Below are positions 48,809 to 61,659 of a stretch of DNA of 64,000 nucleotides, in pieces (the stretch's first letter is position 1; each line of letters opens with the position of its first letter). Under the pieces are notes generated by a model. That model was not told the DNA's origin, did not search any database, and saw nothing but the letters and a program-made list of their open reading frames with translations. The position numbers and the translations under genes were made by a program. Source of the stretch: Octopus vulgaris (Eukaryota); NCBI GenBank assembly GCA_951406725.2, contig OX597826.1, positions 24,614,001 through 24,678,000 of the forward strand, given 5' to 3'.

Positions 48809-50189
48809 GTAAGAATCTTTGAATCTTCATACATTTTCCTCCTTTGTGATTCTAAGTGTATCAGACTGTCAGTCACATATGTGTGTGTGTACAACTGTGT
48901 GTATACTTGTATACACATGTTCATACATAATATATTTAAACGTAGAATGCACCTGTGCCAGTGACACATAAGGGGCACCTACGACACTCTTGGAATGGTT
49001 GGCATTAGGAAGGGTATCCAGCCATAGAAACCAAGCCAAATCAGAGTGGAGCCTAGTGTGGCTCTCTGACCCATGCCAGCATGGAAAGCAGATGCTAAAT
49101 GATGAGGATGATGATTGATATATATATATATATATAGACATACACAGACATTTAAGAAGTAAATAGATGCTCGCTCATATATATCATCATCATCATTTAA
49201 TATTCATCTTCCATGCTAGCATGGATGGGATATATATATATATATATAATAATAATATAAATAATATATAAATATATGCATATATACATACATATATGTA
49301 CATACCTACATCTATATGTATATATACATGCATATATGGGTACAGGACATCAAAAAAAGTTGAACACAATGAGAAACAAAAACATAAACACAAAAACATG
49401 GAAACAAACTTTTTTTCAAACAACGAAAAAACAGAGTACAAGACATACAACACAAGGAATATTCGCCTTCTTCAGTTGTCCCTGTTTCGTCTACTCCACG
49501 TTTTGAAGGTAAGGACAAGATGCAACTTTGTTGAAACAGTCCTTCACACAAAGCAAATTAAATAAAATTTGGGATATTTTGCGGAGGGGTAACAAGAACA
49601 GGGCAGTAAGAACAAAACAAGACAGTAAAAACAGTAAAAGACAGAACAAAGAGAATAACACAGTAAAAACAAATGATGAGGGCTGTTAAGCCAAGACGAT
49701 GGAAAAATTATTCTGAACGCTTGAGTAGACAACTTATGAGAGAGACAGGATAAGCGCTCTGGTCTGTCCTTGTGTTGTATGTCTTGTACTCTGTTTTTTC
49801 ATCCTATGGTTGCAGAACTGTTTCTGGAGGGAAACGCAATCTTTCAGGATGATAATGCACCAATTCACACAGTTAAAGTTGTTACTGAATGGCATGAGGA
49901 ACATTCTAGTGAAGTTGAACATCTTATCTGGCCACCACAGTCCCCAGATCTCAGTATTATTGAACATTTATGGTGCATTTTAGAAAAACAAGTAATGAGT
50001 CGACATCCTCCACCATCATCACTACAAGAACTGGAGACTGTTTTAGCTGAAGAATGGACAAAAATTCCTTTGGAAACAATTCAAACTTTGTATGAGTTCA
50101 TACCTCATAGAATTTAAGCTGTAATTACTGCCAAAGGCGGTCCTACCCAATATTAAAATAAATGTGTTTGAGGTAGATATAGATATGTT

Positions 50190-50250
<61 letters not shown>

Positions 50251-50373
50251 GTATATATATATGTATATATATATGTATATATATATGTATGTATATATAT
50301 ATATGTATATATATATGTATATATATATGTATGTATATATATATATGTATATATATATGTATATATATGTATG

Positions 50374-50434
<61 letters not shown>

Positions 50435-53118
50435 GTATGTATATATATATATATGTATATATATATGTATGTATGTATATATATATGTATGTATATATAT
50501 ATGTATATATGTATGTATATATATATGTATGTATATATATATGTATATATATATATGTATGTATATATATATGTATGTATATATGTATGTATATATGTAT
50601 GTATGTATATATGTATGTATGTATATATGTATGTATATATATATGTATGTATATATATATATGTATGTATCTATATATGTATGTATATATATATATATAT
50701 ATGTATATATATACATACACACACACACATAATGAGGGTTGACTATTTACACATTTTTAATTTGCCTGGACAAAGGAGTGCTCTGTCTTAAATACACTCC
50801 ACTGGTTATTGCAACGAGTGTCCCTATTGGTCTGATCACTGGAATTGCCTGCTTGTGTGCATGTAGCTGAGCACTGTACAGATACATGTACCCTTAATGC
50901 AGTTTTTAGGGAGATTCAGCATGACATAGAATGTGACAAGGCTGGCCCCTTTGTATAACAGGTACTATTCATTTTTAAGGTGGCGAGCTGGCAGAAACGT
51001 TAGCATGCCGGGCGAAATGCTTAGCGGTATTTCGTCTCCCGTTACGTTTTGAGTTCAAATTCCGCCAAGGTCGATTTTGCCTTTCATCCTTTTGGGGTCG
51101 ATAAATTAAGTACCAGTTACGTATTGGGGCTGATGTAATCGACTTAACACCTTTGTCTGCCCTTGTTTGTCCCCTCTATGTTTAGCCCCTTAAAAAGCCC
51201 CAATAAAGAAATAAGGTACTATTTGTTTTTACCAGGGCGCAACATACAGCCAGGAATTGAACTCATGACATTATGACTGTGAGTCAAATACCCTAACCAT
51301 CAAGCCACATGTCTATGCTGTCAAATATATTACTCCCAATACTCCGTTGTCTATTATTGTTTTGTAAATTCCTTCCCTCTTACTTTCATTCTGATTGTGA
51401 CACTCTGTTTTCTCTTTATACTTAGAATGGCTTTTTCTAAAGATGCTGAGCTCTGGAGATTATTCAAGAAAGCCGAGACAAGTCTTTTCAACTTTAGATT
51501 CCAATGCATGAAACCCGAAGAGATCTTTTGTTCTCTTAAACCAGTTTGGAAATCTGCAGCTACCATCTCAGAGAAAGAAAACATAAAACAATTATCTTTT
51601 GAAGGTGTATTAAAAGTCTTTATGAACATTGCAGAGAGCTGTGGAGGCTTGTGGGCCAGTGTCATTGACAAATACTACTCCGGATGTAAAACTGACTACT
51701 TTTGTATTCCTTTCATATATGTCTTGAAGTTGGTGTCTGAAAGGAGAGTACGACTTGAACGAGGAGATGCTCTTGTTCCGTTCTGTCGATTGCATCATGT
51801 CATGACGGCACTCTTTGAGCTTATGTTGGAATCCAGTCGGCAGCAGTTTCAGAAGATTCTATTGAACCTCATCGATGAAAGAATTGAAAAACTGTTTGCT
51901 AATCTCCAGGTAAGAGCATTTACAGGTTTATCACCCACAGCTGTGATTGGTGGAGTGTCCGTTTGACTAAATGGAGTATCCATTGGCTGAGTGGGAAGTG
52001 TGTCTGTCAAACTCCTGGCTGTAGATTGAACTAATCTGTAATTTGCAATCTTGTCTTAATCCACCTGGTTGTAAATAGATACCATCAAGTGGCACATGCA
52101 GCTAGAGACTATAAACATCATCATCATCATCATTGTTTAACGTCTGCTTTCCATGCTAGCATGGGTTGGACGATTTGACTGAGGGCTGGTGAACCAAATG
52201 GCTGCACCAGGCTCCAATCTTGATCTGGCAGTTTCTACAGCTGGATGCCCTTCCTAACGCCAACCACTCTGAGAGTGTAGTGGGTGCTTTTATGTGCCAC
52301 CAGCACGGGGGCCAGTCAGGCAGTACTGGCAACAACCTCACTCGAATGGTTTTAGGGCAGCGGACTCGCAGTCAGAGGATCGTGGTTTTGATTCCCAGAC
52401 CGGGCATTGTGTGTGTTTATTGAGCGAAAACACCTAAAGCTCCACAAGGCTCCGGCAGGGGGTGGTGACGACCCCTGTTGTACTCTTTCACCCCAACTTT
52501 CTCTCACTCTTTCTTCCTGTTTCTTGAGTAATGCTGCGATGGACTGACGTCCCGTCCAGCTGGGGGTGGGAGGAACACATACGCCACGGAAACCGGGCCC
52601 ATGAGCCTGGCTAGGCTTGAAAAGGGCGCATAAATAAAAAAAAATAAATAGATATTTATTATTTATTTTTTTTTGTTTTGTTATTTATTGTTTGTTTCTG
52701 TTTGTAGAAATATTTCCAGTTGAAATGTCTGCAGTGTGAAAGCAGCAGAACTGCCAGTAGTTTGTCTCATGACATAATTGATGCTGAAGAGAAGTATTTC
52801 CCTCCCTGTATGTCGTACCTTCACAGGGAGCTGCGGACCAAACACAGACTGAAACACCATGCTCGAGTAAGATGGGTTTTTTTTTTTTTTTCTTTATCTT
52901 TTATTTGTTTTAGTCATTGCACTGTGGATATACTTGGGCACCAAGGGTTTTTTTTTGTCAATTTGTTTGTCCCCAGTACTTATTATTTGGGAGTGGGGTA
53001 CTTATTCTATCAGTCTCTTTTACCAAACTTTTAAGTTACACGGACATAAACAAACCAGCACAAGTTGTCAACTGGTATGTGGGGACAAACACAAACGCTC
53101 CCTCTCCCCCACACACGT

Positions 53119-53152
<34 letters not shown>

Positions 53153-55991
53153 TCATTTATAACTGTTCAACCCATGCTAGCATGTAAAACTTCTGAGTTT
53201 CAGGGGCATAAATAAACCAACACCAGCTGCAAAGTGGTGGGTGGGGAAACACACACACACATACACATGTATATATATTTATAACTGCTCATGCCCACAT
53301 GTGAAATAGAAAGGTAAATGATGATGATATATGTATGTGATCAAACCGACTCCTATGAGGCTGCTGTTGGTCTCCATCATCAAGATTTATATTATGTACT
53401 AAAATCTATAAAGAGGAATGTTAAGAGCACCATCCGAGCATGATTTTTGCCAGGGCCGCTGACTGGCTCCTGTGCCGGTGGCACATAAAAAGCACCATTC
53501 GAGTGTGATCATTAGCAGCGTTGCCATACTGGCACTTGTGCTGGTGGCACGTGAAAATCAACACTCAAGCGAGGTTGTTGCCAGTACCGCTGGACTGGCT
53601 TCTGTGCAGGTGACACGTAAAAAACACCATTTGAGCGTGGCCGTTGCCAGTACCACCTGACTGGCCCTTGTGCCGGTGGCAAGTAAAAGCACCCACTACA
53701 CTCTTGGAGTAGTTGGCGTTAGGAAGGGCATTCAACTGTAGAAGCTCTGCCAGATCAGATTGGAGCCTGGTGCAGCCGTCTGGCTCACCAGTCCTCAGTC
53801 AAACTATCCAACCCATGCCAGTATGGAAAGCGGACGTTAAAAGATGATGATGATGATGGCGTGATGAGTGAAAAATCTAATGTTTTTGGAAAGAGCTTTT
53901 CTTCAAGCAGAAGTTGGAAGGAGAGAAATCAATGAAAGAGACTACTTAATTTCACTCCTTTCAGTTTTCCCAAAGAGCTCTGTCCAAAAACTTTGAATTT
54001 TCCACTCCTCATGGCAAGGTCAGTGTAATTGTGTGGTAAGAAGATTGTGTCCTAATCACATAGTTCCGGGTTCAGTTTCACTGTGTGGCACTTTGGGAAA
54101 GTGTCTTCTACTATAGCGTCAGGCCAACCAAAGCCTTGTGAGTGGATTTGGTTGGCAGAAACTGAAAGAAGCCCATAATATGTATATGTGTGTGTATCTT
54201 TGTTTCTGTGTCTGTCCCTCCATCACCACTTGGCAACCAGTGTTGGTGTATTTACATCTCTGTAACTTAGCAGTTCAGCAAAATAGACCAATGAAAGAAG
54301 TACCAGGCTTCAACAAATATGTATTGGAGTCAATTCATTTGACTAAAAATTCTTCAAGGCAGTGCCCCAGCATGGCCACAGTCTATTGACTGAAACATGT
54401 AAGAGAGAGATATCTACAATGGGGTGCTGAAAAGTTCCTGGCGCTTTGGCTAAAAGAAAATACAGAAGGATCAGTTAATTATAATTTTATTCAACATATT
54501 CCCGTCTCAGATTCACACACTTATTGCAGGGGTCCTTCAATTTCTCTAAGCCCTGTAAAAGAACTTGGAAGATTGGACCTTCAACCAGCCTTTCATGATA
54601 ACCTTAAAGCCAGAAACTTTTTAGCACTCTTTCCTTCCTTCCTCCCCTCCTCCTTCCTTCCTTCTTTCCTCCCCCCCTCCCCCCTTCCTTCCTTCTTTCC
54701 TCCCTCCCTCCCCCTTCCTTCCTTCCTTCTTTCCTTCCTCCCCCTCCCTTCCTTCCTTCCTTCCTTTAAAAGAGGGAGTTAACAAGCCTGAAAAATTATA
54801 TAATCTTATGAACAATTACTCATCTCGGACATTTGACCCTTCAGCTTTCAGATAATTTTTAGACTGACATTGTAGGGTAGGTTTGAGAGGCCAAATCTGA
54901 CTGCTTTGATCATAAAGCAGGTAGAATATTCAGGCCGGTTATGGCTGGTTTAAATGCTAAAGGGGTTAAATGTTTTCAGCCTTTTATATTTTGTCTTTTG
55001 TTTTCTTCAATAGATCCGTTACACATTATTCTTAAAGGAAGCAGGTCTGCCAGTTCATGAAGCAATTATGTTTTGGCGAAACGAGTACTCCCAGTCGTGT
55101 GCCGATGCTAAGACAGCAGGGAGTTGCAATCACACCTGGCACAAAGATGAGAAACGCTACGTGTATAACATTCGACATCTCTATGGCTTAGAAGGTTCAC
55201 GGGTTAACTACAGAGCCCACACTTGTTCTCACATCCAGGTATTAACTCCCTCATTTACCTTCTCACTCTCATTTATACACCTTTCTTTTCCTCTCTCTTT
55301 TATTTCTCTTTATCTCATTAAAAAAAAAAAATTTTTTTCTCACTCAGAATTGCTGAAGCATGGAATAAACTACTTCCATCAGTTGTTAGCAAGTGTCAGG
55401 TCACTGCATCTGTCAAAACTTCCATGGCCCTGAAATTCGCCAACAGTACACCTGATGTCCACCTACCTTTTTTTTTAATGACTCATTCAATGTTCACTTC
55501 CTGTGCTGTATACTATGTATTGTTCATGCTTTATTAGCTTCTTTTTCTGATGAGTTTTAATGCACCTGAGCATTGTATGCAATCAATTCGTTATCATTAT
55601 TAATAGCTTTGTAGTAAGAAGTTTACTTCCTGACCACATGGTTGGAGGTTCAGTCCCAATGTGTAGCACTTTGGGTAAATGTCTTCTACTATAGACTTGG
55701 GTTGACCAAACCCTTGTGAGTGGATTTGGTAGATGGAAACGGAAAGAAGCCTGTCATGTGTATGTGTGTGTGTGTTTGTCCCCCACCACTGCTTGACAAC
55801 CAGTGTTAATGTGTTTACATCCCCATAACTTAGTGGTTCAGCAAAAGAGACTGATAGAATAAGTACTAAACTTTAAAAATAAATAAGTACTAAGGTCAGT
55901 CAGTTCATTCAAATATAAATTCTTCAAGGTATTGCCCCAGCATGGCTGCAGTCTAATGACTGAAACAAGTATAAAAAAAAAAAGACTTGTG

Positions 55992-56045
<54 letters not shown>

Positions 56046-58633
56046 CCTCTCTCACTCTCATTGTCTTGGCATCTCAAGGTAGTTGTGACCACCCCTGTTG
56101 ACAAGCCATGTCATTTGTTTCCAGTCTTCCTTGAAAAACATGCCTGGCCATGAAGAAATATTACCTTACCTTACAAACAAGTGAAGGTTGGTGACAGGAA
56201 GAGCATCTGACCACAGAAAATCTACCTCAAGGAATTCTGTTCAATCCATGCAGGCAAAGAAAAGAACAATGGGAAGAAACCTTAACTTGGAACTCGGCAC
56301 AACAGGAGGAACAATCAGTGGGAAGGAGCCTTATTGGCATGACAGGGAAGACAAGTTTTTTAACTGAGAATTTGATGGTTCCTTTGTTTTTCCCCTCTAT
56401 GTCCTCCACAGTCCTTTGTTTTCTGATTTTCTTTTTTTTTACTTGCTTTCCCTTTTCTTTTTCTTTGCTCTTCTCCCTCTTTATTCTTCTCACATTCTGC
56501 TGGGTTTTTTTAATTGCTTTTTCCATTGTTTTTATACTTTACTTTTTATTTTATTTTCTTTCGCATTTGCTATCTTTTAACTTTTACTTGTTTCAGTCAT
56601 TAGACTATGGCCATGCTGGGGCACCACCTTCAAGTATTTTTTAGTCAAATGAATTGGCCCTAGTACTTTTTTTTAAGCCTGGTATTTATTCTATTGGTCT
56701 CCTGCTAAATCACTGGGGTGTAAACAAACCAATACCTGTTGTCAGGTGGCGATGAAGGACAAACACACACACACACCTACAGCGCATACACATATACCTT
56801 ATTTTCCAGCATACAGGTCAAACTTTTCATATCAAAATTTACAGCCAAAAAATAAGGTAGGCTGGTTTACACCCCACGATGACATTGGAGAACCAAAAAT
56901 TCCATGGGAAATGTAGCAAGATTTGGAAAGATAATGCTGTTTGAATGTTTACACTACATGTTTATATTCTATACTATATTGACTTGTATGCCAGAAAATA
57001 CAGTATATAATGAGCTCCTTTCATTTTCCATCTTCCAAATTCTCTCACAAGACTTTGGTCACCCTGGGGTTATGGTAGAATGTACTTGCTGAAGATGCTC
57101 CGCAATGGGACTGAACCTGGAACCATGTGTTTGGGAAGCGAACTTCTTATTTCTTTATTGCCCACAAGGGGCTAAACATAGAGGGGACAAACAAGGACAG
57201 ACAAAGGGATTAAGTTGTTTACATTGACCCGAGTGCATAACTGAAGGCGGCGAGCTGGCAGAAACGTTAGCACACCAGACGAAACTGGTACTTTATTTAT
57301 CGACCCCGAAAGGATGAAAGGCAAAGTCCATGCTAGCATGGAAAGCGGACGTTAAATGATGATGATGATGATATATATATATATATGTGACTGCGTGTGT
57401 ACCGTTGGCGATTTTTTTTTCCTCCGTCTTCCCTTCTCTGGATCTTTCCTTTTCCCGTGTTTCTGACGTGTTAGCGGTATTTCGTCTGCCGCTACGTTTT
57501 GAGTTCAAATTCCGCTGAGGTCGACTTTGCCTTTCATCCTTTCGGGGTCGATTAAATAAGTACCAGTTACGCCTTAATAAGTACCAGTTACGACTTAATC
57601 CATTTGTCTGTCCTTGTTTGTCCTCTCTGTGTTTAGCCCCTTGTGGGTAGTAAAGAAATTGGTACTTAATTTATCAACCCTGAAAGGATGAAAGCAAAGT
57701 CGACCTCAGCAGAATTTGAACTCAGATGATAATGGCAGATGAAATACTGCTAAGCATTTTGCCCGGCGTGCTAACGTTTCTGCCATTGAAGTGAACTTCT
57801 TAAGCTCCATAGAAAATTCGTTATTTTACATTGAGCCCAGTTATGATTGTCTTTTATTTCATTTTAATTTCCTTCAGGTTGCTACTGATGGTTGTCCCTT
57901 TGTAAGTTTTCATGAACAAAATTTGAAGAAGTTACTGAAAGAAACTCCTGCAGACATCCAGGAAGACATCAAGAAATTGGTCCAGAAGAAACGTTATTGT
58001 GATGCTTGCAGAACATTTGTCGCTGCCAAATTTGAAAGAGCTTCTCCCGAGGATTGTTCTGTGGCACAAATGGAGAAACCTAAAGTGGAAAAAGTTGAAA
58101 ACAGTAAAGAGAAATCTTTAAATTCTTGCAGAGAAAAGCATCTGCTTTTGAGTAACACGACCGATTTTGATGGTGAGGAAGATGAAAAACAAAACAATGA
58201 AGAGCGCCTATGTGAAACTTTGAATCCTTTATCAGAGGAACTAATTAATTCAAAATCATTATCATCAAATAGCTTATCACCACCATCAAAAATTAGCAAG
58301 ACTGTTTTAAATGACATCAATCAATCCCATACACGAATTAATCATTTGTCTTTGTGCTCTTCACATGTGGATGATGTAAACTTGGCAACAAGTTTGGCAT
58401 CAGCTAAAAAGCTAGAACTAAAAGACTGTAAATTAGAACCAACAACTTTCTGCCATGAACAAGGTTCATCACAAAATCAAAGATCTGATTTTACCAAACA
58501 TCAGATGTCTTCAGATATAAAAACAGATCAAAGCAAAAATGCAGGACATTGTTTTAATTTGAAGCCAGTTCATTTTTATGAACTGTGCAAACATAGTTTG
58601 GAAAAGACAGAATCAAAACCAAAACTAAATTAG
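48594..58633 (+). CDS. PRIM2: DNA primase large subunit (p58/PRIM2)-like protein, divergent, about 612 aa, 5 coding exons
   Basis: FYxxPPxxNISL, DxxSHFILR, FxFRF, IPF, DERI, FPPCMxxLH, HxLKHxxR, LFLK, YxYNIRHxxGxEG, GCPF and the final AC all align to eukaryotic PRIM2. Exons splice in frame to TAG at 58631-58633. Confidence 0.9.
49801..50165 (+). mobile_element. Tc1-family transposase 3' fragment
   Basis: [10 protein letters not shown]...[15 protein letters not shown]...EEWTKIP motifs of a DD34E transposase. Confidence 0.9.
50195..50730. repeat. Compound (TA)n/(TATG)n microsatellite
   Basis: Visible directly; it produces the spurious YI/HT-repeat ORFs. Confidence 0.98.
50976..51215 (+). mobile_element. 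Second tRNA-derived SINE family (Nin-domain-like core gcctttcatcctttcggggtcgataaa); representative copy
   Basis: ggcgagctggcaga...gagttcaaattcc head. Other copies at about 16680-16890(-), 33172-33340(+), 34020-34212(-), 41300-41510(+) and 57145-57785 (several fragments). Confidence 0.8.
51426..51909 (+). CDS. PRIM2: PRIM2-like coding exon 2 ([14 protein letters not shown]...[12 protein letters not shown])
   Basis: cttag acceptor in phase 2, CAG|GTAAGA donor. Confidence 0.9.
52345..52645 (+). mobile_element. tRNA-derived SINE (same head as 39185-39482, different tail)
   Basis: Shared head and body up to ctttctctcactctttcttc; A-rich 3' end. Confidence 0.7.
52708..52866 (+). CDS. PRIM2: PRIM2-like coding exon 3 (KYFQ...[24 protein letters not shown])
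   Basis: tttgtag acceptor (a second in-frame cag acceptor lies 12 nt downstream), CGA|GTAAGA donor; carries the first Fe-S Cys. Confidence 0.9.
54630..54766. repeat. (CCTT)n-type polypyrimidine tract
   Basis: Visible directly. Confidence 0.9.
55014..55238 (+). CDS. PRIM2: PRIM2-like coding exon 4 ([11 protein letters not shown]...[13 protein letters not shown]...TCSHIQ)
   Basis: caatag acceptor, CAG|GTATTA donor; carries the second Fe-S Cys. Confidence 0.92.
57878..58633 (+). CDS. PRIM2: PRIM2-like terminal coding exon (VATDGCPF...DACRTF...LKPVHFY...stop)
   Basis: ccttcag acceptor in phase 0; third and fourth Fe-S Cys; long open frame to TAG. Confidence 0.88.
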   Translation, partial: VATDGCPFVSFHEQNLKKLLKETPADIQEDIKKLVQKKRYCDACRTFVAAKFERASPEDCSVAQMEKPKVEKVENSKEKSLNSCREKHLLLSNTTDFDGEEDEKQNNEERLCETLNPLSEELINSKSLSSNSLSPPSKISKTVLNDINQSHTRINHLSLCSSHVDDVNLATSLASAKKLELKDCKLEPTTFCHEQGSSQNQRSDFTKHQMSSDIKTDQSKNAGHCFNLKPVHFYELCKHSLEKTESKPKLN

Positions 58634-58643
58634 AAGAATATTT

Positions 58644-59061
58644 GGATCTTTTCTGTTTGAACGGCAGTTTTTAACTTAATTTCTAGGTAATTAAAAAATT
58701 TTAAACTTCGTATACTGGTAGAATGTGTTTATAAAACATCTTTTTCTCTTGCCTTTATTGAGAAAATTCTATAGTTTGTAAGATATTTGTTGTTTTTTTT
58801 TCTTCAATTTCAACCAATCAGTGACGTCTATTGAGTTAAAAAGCATTCTGTGCTGTATGAATATGTCCCTCGTTTAAGAAACAGATTGGGTTTATTTACA
58901 TTTGTGAAGAAAAAAAGATACCCTTCCTCCACCCCTAACCCTAACTAACCCTAACCCTAAAAGAGATTGAAATGCAATAGATCGATTCTAGGGTCATAAT
59001 TATGGGTGGCAATTTCATATGACACCACTAGAAAAAACTGCTGTTCAAATCGAAAAGATCC
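58644..59061. mobile_element. MITE with GGATC-terminal TIRs and a perfect 8-bp target-site duplication (Merlin- or Mutator-like), containing (CCCTAA)n
   Basis: TIR ggatcttttc..tttgaac.gcagttttt at both ends; GAATATTT at 58636-58643 and 59062-59069. Confidence 0.85.
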
Positions 59062-59304
59062 GAATATTTTTATATATTTATTTTTAATTGAGTAAATTGA
59101 AAGAAAATATGTGAAATGAATTGTTTGATTGGAGAATCTTAGAGTTTGATGTGAGCTGCAGTGAAAATAGCAGCATCAGTTTGATCTTGTCTTGCAGAAT
59201 GTAATGTACTGGGATGGATAAGTGTATCAACCCTTTTTGATACTAACCCATCTATGACTATCCTGCTTCAGTGATACAAACTTCCTGTTTGAAAGTGATT
59301 TAAA

Positions 59305-59821
59305 TTAACTCCTTGACGCTGGTATTACCCGAAGCATGCGAGACACTGCTCTGGTTTTTTTTTTATCTAATGAGGCCACACAAACACACAAGTGCCAACG
59401 AGCTCACGTCTATTTACGTTCACCGTTACAATAACACAGCGTCGTACATTTACGTTTACCGGTTTATGAAAACGAACTATGTGAAGCTATTTATCATATG
59501 ATATGCACGAGTTATTCTGCTCAAGTTCAGAAAATCGCTTGCGTGTGGTACAACTCAAAACACGGTATTATGCATGTAAAGTATCCGCATGTCATTGGTC
59601 TACTGCTAGTCTCATGACTTGAACGTAACCTAAAATATTTAAGACAGTGAACGTGTGCACCTCAAGAGATAAAGTACACAATAACGAACATAAATACACG
59701 TTAGCTGCTAAAAAGTCTGTGATAGATGTAGGGCAGCTCTACATTGTATATTTACGTTAACTGTGGGTAGGCAAGCAAAAATGTGATCGCATATTTGCGT
59801 CAACCGTTGTCAAGGGGTTAA
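59305..59821. mobile_element. piggyBac-like non-autonomous element nested in another MITE
   Basis: TTAA-CTCCTTGAC...GTCAAGGGG-TTAA inverted termini. Confidence 0.65.
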
Positions 59822-61659
59822 AAACTTTCATCAAAATTTTATGTTAATTTATGTTCCAAACACCAGTTATTTTGCAAAATTTTTTATTATTTTCAAGATT
59901 AATTAAAAGAAAGACTGTGTAACAAAAAGGTTGATTTGAGCTGTATGAAAAAAAAATGAAGTCTTTTAAACATGTAAATAACTGAAACATGAACAGAATA
60001 TTACCAGTTGAAACTTGACCACAATGAATGAATTCATCAATGTGTGATAGAATCTGATTTATGGTTAATTTGACTGAAACCAAATTTAAAAAACCAAATT
60101 AAAAAAATTTTTTTATGAATAATTTTAAAAAGAAATAAAAAAAAAATACATGACAGAATATTATTGATATATCTGAGTATTTTATAAGAATATTAACTAA
60201 ATTCTCAGTTTCAGTTTATATAATTAATAGTTATTTGGTCACTTCACTAGTGCTGGTGTCATAAAAAAAACAAAAAACACCCAGTACACTCTGTAAAAAG
60301 TGGTTGGCATTACAAACCAGCTGACAGAGTTTGATTCAGTAATCCAGCTCCTTGGATCCTATCAAACCACCCAATTTATACCAGCATGGAAGATGGATTT
60401 TAAATGGTGGTGGTGATGATGTTAAGCAAGGATTTTTCCAGTCATTGAATGGAGGAATGCATTGGTGAAATTATAATAGATTTGTACAGAAATCTTGAAG
60501 GGCTGTGTTCAAATCCTGCTGATGTTGATATATAAAATGCATCCTTTTTGAGCCTGATGGGCTCATAAGGGCTGGTTTCCCATATCCCATGGCGTATATA
60601 TATTTACCCACTGGATGGGATACTGCTCTGTCACAGAATTACTCATTTTTGCCAGCTGAGTGTACTGGAGCAACATGAAATGAAGTGCTTTGCTCAAGAA
60701 CACAATGCATTGCTCAGTCATGGAGTTGAAACCACAATCTTATGACCATGAGTCCAACATCCTTACCTACTAGGCCACATGCATCCACAAGGTTGATATA
60801 TACTTTCATTTTATCTTTTGCAGTTGGAAATTAAATTAATTAGCTGTAATATATTAGAGAGTAGATAGTTTTTGAATTAGTTGGAAAAATTCTTGTCTAA
60901 TATTCCATTCCTGTGTGAGGGACTAATTATTAATTAATTAAGATGAAACTGAGAATTGATTAATATTAATGATATATGAATGACCATTTGTCATTTAAAA
61001 AAAAATTTCTTTTTCAGAACAATTCTTTTATTGGTTCCAACTATTGGCCATATTGGATTATTGCTTTGATATCTCCAATGAAATATCTCTCTATATATAA
61101 ATGGCAAATGTCTGTCTGTGTGTGCGTGTCCTTTATACAAATCCACAATTTTTCAGTTAGTGGGCTCGCACTTTCTATGGTCATTGAAGACCGTCCAAGG
61201 GTGGTCGTGCACATCTTTACATTTCCCCAGTCACCTCGCAAGGCCATTAAAAAAATCAATAGAAGTGACTTTTTTGTGAATTTTCTATCCAAAACCCAAT
61301 CAAAATGCCCGAAACTTGATATACCAATTGTGTTGTCCACTGTCTCCTATACTGGGGGTAACACGTTCTTGTCAAGGCACATGGCTGGCTGTGAGTGTTC
61401 ATGTAATTGAAAAAGCCCAATAAGGCTGAAAGCATCTGGTGCTCTTGGTGACTGGTGCTGTGACAATACTAACACATATGCGTGCGCGCGCACACACACT
61501 TCTTTCAGTTTCTGGTTACCAAATCCAGTCACGAAGCTTTGATTGGCCTGAGGCTGTAGTAGAAGGTACTTGCTGAAAGTGCCATGCAGTGGAACTGAAC
61601 CTGGAACCATGCGGTTGGGACGCAAGCTTCTTACCACACAGCCATGCCTATATACATAT

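Noticed and set aside
50153-50791. Five long overlapping ORFs of 147-200 aa
   Set aside because: They are translations of a (TA)n/(TATG)n microsatellite.
58928-58960. Interstitial telomere or chromosome fusion site
   Set aside because: Only a few CCCTAA units are present, and they lie inside a TIR- and TSD-bounded MITE.
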